NCBI GenBank assembly: GCA_963793265.1
Contig: CAWBZI010000001.1
Location: 1,248,001 to 1,312,000 of the forward strand
DNA length: 64,000 bases
Direction of reading: 5' to 3'
Origin: an uncultured cyanobacterium
Lineage (GTDB): Bacteria; Cyanobacteriota; Cyanobacteriia; Phormidesmidales; Phormidesmidaceae
The position numbers and the translations under genes were made by a program. The notes beneath the pieces are model-generated. The model was not told where the DNA came from and did not search any database. It saw only the letters and a program-made list of their open reading frames with translations. Below, piece after piece: positions 42,357 to 53,249 of the stretch (within the stretch, counting starts at the first letter, position 1; the number at the start of each line of letters is the position of its first letter).

Positions 42357-44036
42357 CTATTTACCGATCGCTGCTTTGGCCTCGTAGAGCGTGTCTACTG
42401 TAATAGAAGAGATGCCGCGATCGCCTGCAAACTTCTCTGTGTTCCGCTTCACCTTGCCACGCACAAAGAAGGGAATCTTCTTTAGCTCAGCTAAGCCATC
42501 TGCACTCCAATTCACACCGTCTACTTCAACATCAGCATTGGGGACAGCTTCCGGCTCAGACCCCATCGCTTTAGCGTCGGAGTTCGCCGCAATTGGCGCA
42601 AAGTCGACGTTTGTTTCCTCGGCGGCGTGGGGCGCAGTATGCAAATGGCTCATATGGCCTTCTGCAAACTCAAAGTCCTCGCGGAACATCCCTATTAGAT
42701 GCTCCTCCAAACCCATCATTAATGGGTGAACCCAGTCATCAAAAATTACATTTGATCCTTCCCAGCCCATTTGGGGTGAGTAGCGAGCCGGAACATCCTG
42801 CACGTGAATTGGGGTAGAAATCACCGCGCAAGGAATGCCTAAACGTTTCGCAATGTGGCGCTCCATCTGGGTGCCGAGCACGAGTTCAGGCGCAGCTTCA
42901 GCAACCGCTTCTTCTACCGCTAAATAGTCATCACTGATCACCGCTTCAACGCCGTGCTGCTTAGCAACTTCTCTCACCTGGCGGGCGAACTTGCGGCTGT
43001 AGGTGCCGATGCCGACCAGAGTAAAGCCAAGCTCTTCAGTGGCGATTCTTGCAGCGGCGATCGCATGAGTCGCATCACCAAAAATAAACACCCGCTTACC
43101 CGTGAGATAAGTAGAATCTACCGAACGAGAATACCAGGGAAGCCGTGAAGCCCCTGCTGGCGCTGAAGAAGACAGACGAGAAGCGCCCCAGCTCCCTAAT
43201 GTATCTGCATGAGAACGCTCGATAGCACGGCTCACGTCAATGCCAGCGACTTCACCAATTTCGGCTAAGAAATCACGAGTCGCACCCACGCCAATCGGCA
43301 CCGTTTTTACAACCGGCTGATCAAAGTTGCGCTTTAGCCAGTCGCAAGTAGTCTGCGCGATCTCAGGATACAAACAGATATTGAAGTCTGCATCGGGCAT
43401 CCGCATCAAATCAGCAGGTGTCGCGCCTAAAGGTGCAACAACATTGGCATCTACACCGATTTCAGCTAATAGCTTCAACACTTCTTGAATGTCGTCGCGG
43501 CAGCGGAAGCCGAGCGCTGTCGGGCCAATAATGTTGGCCTTGGGTCGAATAACAGGATCGCGTGCGGGGCGCTTTACGCCTGGGGCGTAGGCTTTGTCGA
43601 GTAGGAGCGATCGCACCAAATGATACAGCGTCTCACTCGCCCCCCAATTCTCCTTTTTAGAATAAGCAGGCAGCTCCAGGCTCACAACCGGCACCGGCAG
43701 ACCCATACTTTTCGCCAAGGAGCCCGGCTGATCTTGAATCAGCTCCGCCGTACAGCTCTCGCCTACCAGCATTACATCCGGCTTAAACCGATCGTACGCT
43801 TCTTGCACAGAAGTCTTCACCATCTCTGCGGTATCACCCCCCAAATCTCTCGCCTGAAATGTGGTGTAGCTCACCGGAGGCCGCTTATCTCGGCGCTCAA
43901 TCATCGTAAACAACAAATCGGCGTAAGTGTCACCCTGGGGCGCATGAAGAACGTAATGCACGCCTTCCATCGAAGTTGCGATTCGCATTGTGCCAACGTG
44001 GGGTGGGCCTTCGTAAGTCCAGAGAGTCAGTTCCAT
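42357..44036 (-). CDS. chlB: DPOR subunit B (BchB-type)
   Basis: [23 protein letters not shown], and C-terminal PCP_red motif [14 protein letters not shown]. Confidence 0.96.
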   Translation of the reverse strand: MELTLWTYEGPPHVGTMRIATSMEGVHYVLHAPQGDTYADLLFTMIERRDKRPPVSYTTFQARDLGGDTAEMVKTSVQEAYDRFKPDVMLVGESCTAELIQDQPGSLAKSMGLPVPVVSLELPAYSKKENWGASETLYHLVRSLLLDKAYAPGVKRPARDPVIRPKANIIGPTALGFRCRDDIQEVLKLLAEIGVDANVVAPLGATPADLMRMPDADFNICLYPEIAQTTCDWLKRNFDQPVVKTVPIGVGATRDFLAEIGEVAGIDVSRAIERSHADTLGSWGASRLSSSAPAGASRLPWYSRSVDSTYLTGKRVFIFGDATHAIAAARIATEELGFTLVGIGTYSRKFARQVREVAKQHGVEAVISDDYLAVEEAVAEAAPELVLGTQMERHIAKRLGIPCAVISTPIHVQDVPARYSPQMGWEGSNVIFDDWVHPLMMGLEEHLIGMFREDFEFAEGHMSHLHTAPHAAEETNVDFAPIAANSDAKAMGSEPEAVPNADVEVDGVNWSADGLAELKKIPFFVRGKVKRNTEKFAGDRGISSITVDTLYEAKAAIGK

Positions 44037-44125
44037 AGTTAAAACGTAAAGGCTAAAACGTAAAGTTCGAGGAGGCAAATAGAAGAGAGAATCGATTCTT
44101 TGGGTTAGTCGCTACGAGCTAAGCG

Positions 44126-45487
<1,362 letters not shown>

Positions 45488-45774
45488 TTAATTCTCTGCT
45501 GGGCGATGCCCAATTTATTCGTTAGAGGAAGAATTTTCAGGCTCATCAAGCTGTACAAAATAGCGATGGCCGGAAGATTCACATGCAAACATCATAGACA
45601 GTCACCTTCGCACGGCGGGTAACTGACCTAGCTTTATTTACATTCAGCCATCAATGTTCACAATGGCCGCAAAAAATCGTTTAAATCAACAGATCAGCTA
45701 TAGATTTGAGCCATCAATTCATCGCATCAGCCACAAAATCCCGCCCAACGACAACTGTAGGGGCGTGAGGCTTT

Positions 45775-45999
45775 CATTGGTGTCAACTTAAGCATGTATC
45801 CCTTGTAGCGTGAGCTACCTAGCCCTTTAAAGACACAACTTAGTGACACCTCGGCAGCATAGTGCGTTTTCCCGAGGGGAGAAGGGAACCGGACTCTGAA
45901 GTCCTTCTCCCAAGGGGAGAAGGATTTAGGATGAGGGCTACGAAACGTATGCTAAACACCTATGACTGCAAGCATTTCAGCCTTAAGTTGACACCAATG
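45775..45999. mobile_element. 225-bp MITE with perfect 18-bp terminal inverted repeats (IS4-family-like ends)
   Basis: CATTGGTGTCAACTTAAG / CTTAAGTTGACACCAATG; flanks GAGGCTTT and AAGGCTTT form an 8-bp duplication with one mismatch. Confidence 0.85.
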
Positions 46000-46023
46000 A
46001 AGGCTTTACGCCCTTCGGCTGGC

Positions 46024-46302
46024 TTAATAATTATCGGCATACTCTTTTAGCAAGTCTGCATCAATATCTTCGTTATCTAAACTAATATCGCCTTCAGCCG
46101 AGAGTGTGCCAAAGTGACTCTCAAACCTTTTTCTAGCCACTTCTGAATCTACGCTGCTGTCGGAAGGCTTCGCATTACTCAGCAATCGCTGTTCTATCAA
46201 CGTAGCAGCGAGTCGCGCAGGCGGAACGCCAACTTCTGCGGCCTGCTGTTGAATGACCCGGAAAGCTTGTTCACTGAGTTCGAGTGTTAAAGTCTGACTC
46301 AC
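46024..46302 (-). CDS. Small hypothetical protein, antitoxin-like
   Basis: N-terminal strand-helix-helix-like pattern (TLTLELSE...QQA) and acidic tail (DNEDIDADL..EY). Confidence 0.55.
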   Translation of the reverse strand: MSQTLTLELSEQAFRVIQQQAAEVGVPPARLAATLIEQRLLSNAKPSDSSVDSEVARKRFESHFGTLSAEGDISLDNEDIDADLLKEYADNY

Positions 46303-46365
46303 GAGATTCGGTACAGAAGCCTCTGTACTCTAGAGATAGCCGTATTGTAACCATGCACTTCTCGA

Positions 46366-48116
46366 TCAACCATCCAGCAAAGCTTCTACAAATTCATAGC
46401 TAGAGAACGGACGAAGATCCTCAATACCTTCACCAGCACCAATAAACCGAATCGGAAGCCCAAGTTGCTGCACCACCGCTAACGCAACGCCACCTCTAGC
46501 CGTACCGTCTAACTTCGTGAGCACAACGCCGCTGAGCTGAGCGGCCTCAGCAAATACTTGAGCCTGGCGCAAACCGTTTTGGCCCAAAGTCGCATCCAAT
46601 ACAAGCAGCGATTCCACATTGGCATCGGGCGCTTTCTTATCAATAATCTTACGAACCTTAGACAGCTCATCCATCAAGTTCTTCTTATTCTGCAATCGCC
46701 CAGCCGTATCAATCAGCAATAGCTCCGTACCACGAGAATTTGCAGCACTGATCGCATCAAACACAACTGCTGCGGGATCTGTGTTCTGACCTGGGTTAGC
46801 AATCACCTCAACGCCGCTACGCTCGCCCCATACTTTCACCTGCTCCACCGCTGCCGCTCGAAACGTATCTGCCGCACCGATTAGGCACTTAAATCCAGAC
46901 TTGGTGGCGATGTGAGTGAGCTTGCCAATCGTGGTCGTTTTGCCTGCACCGTTTACCCCGGTCATCAGCCAAACGCTGAGCTTGTCTTTTTCAGGCGTGA
47001 AGGTAAGGTTGTGACCGCCGTCGAGTGGGGCATCGAGCATGTCGCGTAGGAGGGACTTTAGGTAGGCGATCGCCTGCTCCGGTGGCAAAGTCTCTTCTCG
47101 TAACCGCGCCTGCAATGAGCTAATAATCTTGTCAGTCGCCGCCACGCCCACATCGGCCTGCAACAGCAGCGACTCAATCTCCTCAACCGCCTCATCATTG
47201 AGAGGCCCCTGCCCCACAATCGACTTAAGCTGATTCACCAGCCCGCGACGGGTTTTATCCAAACCCTGACGCAGCTTATTGAGCCAGGTAATTTCTTCTA
47301 GCGATATCTGATCAGGCCGTCGCCCCTGAGAGGCCAGCACCTCAGCCGACCACAAAAAAGCTTCGTCCAGATCAATATCTAGTGGGACAAACTTCGGTTC
47401 AGGCGGTGCAGGTTCCGGCTCAGGTTCGGGCTCTACAATAGCCTCAGCCTGCAATCGCGCTAGGCGCTCCTCACGTTCTGCCTGTGCCTTGGCCCAAAAA
47501 GGTTGAGCGGGTGCAGGCTCCGAATCAGTAGAGTCCGCTTCAATAGAATCTACTGACTCAACCTCAGGCTCAGCGGGCTCTGGTTCAGTTGCTTCTGGTT
47601 CAGTTATCTCTGTCGTTTCAGAATAATCTGCTACGGCTACAGGTTCACTAACTTCTGGTTCGCTGACTTCGGTTTCACCAGCTTCCGATTCGACAGACTC
47701 AGACTCGGTGGCCTCAGGTTCGCTAGATTCAGCTTCAATAGGCTCAACATTAGCAGCAGATTCATCGGCCTCAGCTTCAGTCACTTCGGGCGCAGATTCG
47801 CTAGCTTCTGGTTCACTGACTTCAGGCGCAGATTCGCCAGCTTCTGGTTCACTGACTTCAGGCTCAACATTTTCAGGCATAGCGTTTCCGGTTCGCTGAC
47901 TTTAGCCTCTACTCCGCTAGAATCTGTCTCTTCAGCCTCGTCGTCAGCGCCTTTGCCCTGCCGCTCTTGAATATTTTGATAGGCTGCTTTGGCCCACTTT
48001 AGATAATCGTCAGGGCTGGCAGGCGTCTCTTCAACCGGTTCCTCTACGGGTTTCTCGTCCTCTTTAGGCTTTTCAGGCTCCTCGTAGCTGCGCTTGAACC
48101 AGTTGAAAGCTGCCAT
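46366..48116 (-). CDS. ftsY: SRP receptor FtsY, split by a frameshift near 47885
   Basis: NG domain (GVNGAGKTTT, DTFRAAA, DTAGR, TKLDG) is in 46366-47880; the cyanobacterial FtsY N-terminus (FNWFKR, YLKWAKAAY.NIQ) is in another frame at 47781-48116. Confidence 0.9.
47785..47856. repeat. 36-bp tandem repeat (two copies) in the acidic domain of ftsY
   Basis: TTC(G/A)GGCGCAGATTCGC(T/C)AGCTTCTGGTTCACTGAC twice. Confidence 0.85.
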
Positions 48117-48207
48117 GTCCCTTACTCTCTTGATTTGAAAACTTGCTTGGAAAAAATCACTACATCTTTAAAAGATTAGCGCGACACAGGGATGCCTAGA
48201 AACTTGC

Positions 48208-49077
48208 CTAAACATTGGCGGTATCTAACCTATCGGTCGCCCGACGCAGCACACCATTAATAAAGCGGTAGCCCGCTTCGTCGCTGTAGCGCTTCGCCAT
48301 CTCAATGGCTTCGTCAATCGCGACCTTAGTCGGCACTTTCATATAGACAATTTCCAGCATAGCCAGGCGCAAAATGTCGCGATCGACTCGAGCAAGCCTG
48401 CGCATGTTCCACTTTTCCATCGCTTCGTCTAGCTGACGGTCAATGGTGCGCCAGTGGCTAATCCAGTTGTACAGAAGCTCGCAGGCATAGCTACGAACGT
48501 CTTTATGGTCAATAATTTTAGAGAAGCTACCGGGTTCTAAAGATGCCTGAAGCTTCGAGATCACTGAACGGGTAAGGGCGATCGCGAGCTGAATTTCCTT
48601 TCTAGCATCATCAATATCCGCCGTCCGCTGCTCAAAATCAACCAATAGCTGATCGCCTTTCTCTACCTGAGCCGAAGCCGACATCAGCTCATTTCTCGCA
48701 GCGATAATCTTTTGCTTGTCACCCTGCTGCGCAAAAATCAGCAGCTCTAACGCCTCACCGGCCTGGTTGATGGCTGACTGAACCAGTGGAAAAGCCGGTT
48801 GTATACGCGATCGCACCTCATCACGCTCAATCGTCCGCGTTTCACTCTCCAAAATAAACCGCTCGCCGCGCTGCAACTCACCGTCCGCCGTAGCTAGCGT
48901 TTCCCCTGCATCTGCACTCAGCGCCTTTAGCGCCTTCATCAGTAGCGCGTCAAGCTGTTTGGCGGCAAGAGGTTGCCCTCTATCCTTTCCAGTAGAGGCC
49001 ATTACCTTGTCGGGGTTGTCAGTGAGCTGACTAATGCCCAACAAAGCCAATTCGCGGGCAATAGATCGCGCTTTCAT
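48208..49077 (-). CDS. nusB: Transcription antitermination factor NusB
   Basis: ARELAL, W...RL..VDRDILRLA and AIDEAIEMAKRYS...FINGVLR. Confidence 0.93.
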   Translation of the reverse strand: MKARSIARELALLGISQLTDNPDKVMASTGKDRGQPLAAKQLDALLMKALKALSADAGETLATADGELQRGERFILESETRTIERDEVRSRIQPAFPLVQSAINQAGEALELLIFAQQGDKQKIIAARNELMSASAQVEKGDQLLVDFEQRTADIDDARKEIQLAIALTRSVISKLQASLEPGSFSKIIDHKDVRSYACELLYNWISHWRTIDRQLDEAMEKWNMRRLARVDRDILRLAMLEIVYMKVPTKVAIDEAIEMAKRYSDEAGYRFINGVLRRATDRLDTANV

Positions 49078-49133
49078 GAAATACCGTAGCTGTGGAGTTC
49101 AGCCATTTTATCAGTCTTCTTAGATTTCACGCC

Positions 49134-49886
49134 TCAACTTACGACCGTTTCAGCCGGTAGCTCAGAAGGCGGAATCGGCTCGGAAATGCTGGGGCGATCG
49201 CCCTGAATCTCAGCCGCCAAATTAGGCCCAACAATACCCCCCGAAAGCAGCACCTTAAAGGCATCTTCAATCGAGATAGATAGGTTGAGCACCTCGTCTT
49301 CAGAGACAATTGAATACCAGCCGCTCGTTGGGTTAGGCGTCGTCGGAATGAAAACGCTGATCATTTTATTGGGCGTATCGGCAACGGCCACACCTGTGAC
49401 GAAGGCGATCGCCCACAGCCCCCGCCTGGGATATTCAATGAGCACCACCCGTCGAAAGCGACTTTTAGAATCTTGAAAAACGGTTTGGATAAGCTGCTGA
49501 AGCGTTTTGTATACCGAGCCTGCTAGGGGGATAGATTGGACGATGCGATCGCCCACATCCAGCAGCCAGCGCCCGGCAAAATTACGCGCCATCAGGCCAA
49601 TGAGCAAAATGCTCAGCAGCGGGATCGCAAAGCCGATCCCCAAGTTAATCAGCCACCTTAAAGCCGGAGTCAGCTCAGTAAAAGGATTGAGCTGCTTAGG
49701 AAAGCGTGTGATGAATTGAACAACCCAAATGGCGACGTTGATGGTAAGCCAAATCGTTGTGGCTAGCGGAATGATTACCACTAAGCCTGCAATAAAGTCG
49801 TTCTTAATGTCTTGCTTAAACTTTTGCAGCACAGCCACCCGTCTTGAAAGTTCTTGAGTCATATCGCCGGTTGCGATCGCATTCAA
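49134..49886 (-). CDS. DUF502 membrane protein
   Basis: Motifs AGLVVIIPLATT, VLIEYPRRG and FIPTTPNPTSG. Confidence 0.9.
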   Translation of the reverse strand: MNAIATGDMTQELSRRVAVLQKFKQDIKNDFIAGLVVIIPLATTIWLTINVAIWVVQFITRFPKQLNPFTELTPALRWLINLGIGFAIPLLSILLIGLMARNFAGRWLLDVGDRIVQSIPLAGSVYKTLQQLIQTVFQDSKSRFRRVVLIEYPRRGLWAIAFVTGVAVADTPNKMISVFIPTTPNPTSGWYSIVSEDEVLNLSISIEDAFKVLLSGGIVGPNLAAEIQGDRPSISEPIPPSELPAETVVS

Positions 49887-50024
49887 ATCATCTGGGATCG
49901 CGAAGCAGCAAGCCTTGTGTTCCCGTTTTTACGGATACATGGCGCAATTATATCAACTATCTCAGGTGTATTTTCCTAGATTTATGCCGTCTCTTATACG
50001 GTTATCTGCGACACCAAAAAGACG

Positions 50025-51494
50025 CTAAAGCGCTAGAACCTGCCTTGCCAAATTCAGATAAATTAAAACGCCTATCACGTCCACAATCGTTGTAATAAAA
50101 GGCGCAGACATCAAAGCGGGATCAAGCCCAAAAGATTGAAACAAGAAAGGCAAGCCCGCCCCTGCACTCGACGCCAAAATAGAGATCCCCACCAGCGAAA
50201 CGCCGACAACAATGGCAACCGGCAGCGCCGAAGGCGTCCCCCCTTGCAAAAAGTAAGCCCAGGCAGTGACCACAATACCGAGCATTAAGCCTAAAAAAGC
50301 GCCCGCAGTCGCCTCGCGCCGAATTACCTGAGCCGCATCTTTTATCTTCAGCTCATCGGTATTCAGCCCGCGAATTACTACCGTCGAAGACTGCGCGCCT
50401 ACGTTACCACCCGTACCAATCAGCAGTGGAATAAACGCTGCCAGCACCACCACGCTCTGCAAAATATCCTGCTGCGAGCGAATTACCGCCGCCGTCACCG
50501 TATTTGTAATCAGCAGCACCGACAGCCACACCACCCGCTTACGCGCCACATCGAGCAAATTACTCTGGAAATAATTGTCCCCGCCCGACTGCACACCGCC
50601 CAGCGTATAAATATCCTCAGTCGCCTCAGCTTCTAAAATATCAATCACATCATCCACGGTGATAATCCCCACCAGTCGATTTTCGGTATCAACCACTGGC
50701 ACCGCCAAAAAGTCGTAGCGCTGAATAATCCGCGCGACCTCTTCCTGATCAGCGCTCGTCTGCACCGACACCACCTCGCGCGTCATAATTTCGCCAATGC
50801 TCTGCTCCGCCTGACCCACGACCAACTGCCGCAGCGACAAAATTCCTGTGAGTCGCCGGTCAGCGTTCGTCACAAATAGGTAGTAGACCGTTTCGCTTAG
50901 CGCTGCCTGAGCCCGGATATGATCCAAAGCCCTCGCTACCGTCCAGTTTTCTTTAAGCGCCACATACTCAGGCGTCATAATCCGCCCTGCTGTTTGCGCT
51001 TCGTAGCCCAGCAGCAGCGCCGTCGCCTGTCGTTCTTGGGCGCTTAGCTGCTCTAGCAAACGGCGCACGATCTTTGCAGGTAGCTCGTCAAATAAACGCA
51101 CCCGGTCATCGGGCGACATTTTATCGACAATATCAATCAAGTCCTGCCGCTTAAATTCTTCGATGAGCGCCTGCTGCACTGAAGAGTCGAGATGTTCGTA
51201 AACTTCAATTGCTTCGTTTTTAGCAATCAGACGAAAGGCGATCGCCTGCATCGTCTCCGGCAGTCCTTCAATCGCCTCAGCCACATCGGCAGGCTGCACC
51301 GGCACTAGCAGCGCCTTAGCACCGCGAAAATTGTCCTGCTCTAAAAGTGCCTGCAGCTGCGATCGCACCAGTTCAGTCAGCTCATGACGAGAAAATGTCT
51401 GAGCTTTTGCTGTAGATTCACTATTCGGCAAAGCTAAAGCCCCTATGCGACGACGTTCCAAAAGCAGTCTACTGTTGCTCGCAGCGCTCAACAC
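50025..51494 (-). CDS. mgtE: Magnesium transporter MgtE
   Basis: TAGRIMTPEY, a CBS pair, GGNVGAQ and DPALMSAPFITT..D. Confidence 0.95.
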   Translation of the reverse strand: MLSAASNSRLLLERRRIGALALPNSESTAKAQTFSRHELTELVRSQLQALLEQDNFRGAKALLVPVQPADVAEAIEGLPETMQAIAFRLIAKNEAIEVYEHLDSSVQQALIEEFKRQDLIDIVDKMSPDDRVRLFDELPAKIVRRLLEQLSAQERQATALLLGYEAQTAGRIMTPEYVALKENWTVARALDHIRAQAALSETVYYLFVTNADRRLTGILSLRQLVVGQAEQSIGEIMTREVVSVQTSADQEEVARIIQRYDFLAVPVVDTENRLVGIITVDDVIDILEAEATEDIYTLGGVQSGGDNYFQSNLLDVARKRVVWLSVLLITNTVTAAVIRSQQDILQSVVVLAAFIPLLIGTGGNVGAQSSTVVIRGLNTDELKIKDAAQVIRREATAGAFLGLMLGIVVTAWAYFLQGGTPSALPVAIVVGVSLVGISILASSAGAGLPFLFQSFGLDPALMSAPFITTIVDVIGVLIYLNLARQVLAL

Positions 51495-51602
51495 TGCTTC
51501 CCAATAGCCCTTTCAAATGTTATATACCGCCGCCGCCGTAAAAAACCAAGGTTCCAGAGTTAGGACGTTTCGCGATCGCCTCTCCACCGCTTATCCCAGC
51601 CC

Positions 51603-52865
51603 TCAGGCAAAACTCGTCAGGTCTTCATCAGGCAGCGTAGGCAGCACTGCTGTTAGTCCCGAAGGCGACTGAAAAGCAACCAGCTTATCGTTTTGGCTAT
51701 CTACATCCGTTCCCGCCATACCCGCCGGAACGGCATGATTAATCGCGAGCTTTTGAGGGGTACTCCTTGGCGATTCGGCAGGGCCACTGTAGTAGCAGCG
51801 CTTCGGCTCTAGTGAAACTAGGCCCTCGGCAGAATTGATGACAGCGCGATCGCGTCCCCGCAGCTTAGCCGTATAGAGCGCCTCATCCGCCCCATGAATT
51901 AGCACCTCATAATTGTGCTGCGAGCTATCCGGCTCTAGCGTACAAATGCCCACGCTCAGGCTCACAAAAGGCTTTATCAAAGACGACCGATGCGGCACCT
52001 GTGCTCGCGCTAGCTCCGACTGCACCGCCAAAGCCACCTGCTTAGCCCCGTTAGCATCTGTTGCTGGCAGCAAAATAGCGAACTCCTCGCCACCATAGCG
52101 AGCCACCTGATCGCTCTGCCGATGCGCGCCTCGCACCAGCGCTTCAGCCACCGCCTGCAAACACACGTCGCCTGCCGGGTGTCCGTAAGTATCGTTGTAT
52201 CGCTTGAAATAATCGATATCACACAGTAATAGAGAAATCGGCAGTCCCTCATCGATTGACTGCTGCCAAACTTGAGACAGCTTTTCATTGAAGCTACGGC
52301 GGTTCGCAACCTGAGTGAGCCCGTCAGTAAACGCCATCCGCTGCAAAGCCAGGTTTTCTCTAGCCAGTGAAGCCTGAGACGCTTCCTGCTGCCGCAGAAT
52401 ATGGTTAAAAGACCAAATCTTTTGATGCAAACTAGCCTTCTCCGCTTCCAAAGAGCGCACTAGCTTCACCGCTCGCAAGTGGCGCTCAAGCCGCAGCCAG
52501 CATTCCTCTGCACTCATCGGAAGCTGTAAATAGTCATTACCGCCGCACCGCAGCGCGCTTACCAGTTCAAAATTTTCGGCGCGCGTACCCACAAACACGA
52601 CTGGCACCATACTGGTTCGAGGCAGCTTGCGCAGAATCCTACAGAATTCGTACCCCTCATCACCCGCCGCCTGCAAATAGACGATTAGCAAATCCGGTAC
52701 GCTCTCTAAAACCGCCTCTAAAGCCTGCGTCTCAGTACTTACAGATATTGTCTGATAGCCATGCTGTTGCAGAGAAGGCAGTAGCGATCGCGCCTCACTT
52801 ATTACGTCGGCACTTTGCCAGACCAAGACAGTTCCCACAGACAGCGAGGCGAGTAGATGAGTCAT
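51603..52865 (-). CDS. Receiver-like plus GGDEF diguanylate cyclase
   Basis: Motifs DGLT...NRR, DIDYFKRYND, RxxD (RQSD) and RYGGEEF; degenerate receiver at the N-terminus. Confidence 0.9.
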   Translation of the reverse strand: MTHLLASLSVGTVLVWQSADVISEARSLLPSLQQHGYQTISVSTETQALEAVLESVPDLLIVYLQAAGDEGYEFCRILRKLPRTSMVPVVFVGTRAENFELVSALRCGGNDYLQLPMSAEECWLRLERHLRAVKLVRSLEAEKASLHQKIWSFNHILRQQEASQASLARENLALQRMAFTDGLTQVANRRSFNEKLSQVWQQSIDEGLPISLLLCDIDYFKRYNDTYGHPAGDVCLQAVAEALVRGAHRQSDQVARYGGEEFAILLPATDANGAKQVALAVQSELARAQVPHRSSLIKPFVSLSVGICTLEPDSSQHNYEVLIHGADEALYTAKLRGRDRAVINSAEGLVSLEPKRCYYSGPAESPRSTPQKLAINHAVPAGMAGTDVDSQNDKLVAFQSPSGLTAVLPTLPDEDLTSFA

Positions 52866-53249
52866 AAAAGCAAATGATTAAATGAAAAGCCGAAAATGAG
52901 TCAAAACGTTTTGTAAAGATTATTTTCCCTGGTAAAAACCTATCAATAACCGTTGATATGCGGTTCCGTAAAAACACGAACTCATCGCTGGCAAACGTTC
53001 TCAGCATCCTCCTTTTTTCCAGATCCCACAGGCGAGATCGGCCTAGTAATGCCTATTTTCAAGAATTCAATCCGTGCTTGCACCTGATTCTGTAGAGATT
53101 ATAAAGAGTAAATTGTGAGAGAAGAATAAGCCCCTGCTGAGTGGCTCAAAACCGAGAAAAAGGCGTGCACGTAATACAGGTCGTTGACAGTTTAAGCAAA
53201 GTGAGCAGAGGCTCAAATTGTAATTATTTATCAGCTAGCAAAGCGTTTG

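Noticed and set aside
52866..53249. c-di-GMP riboswitch upstream of the diguanylate cyclase
   Set aside because: The required conserved motifs are not present in the correct orientation.
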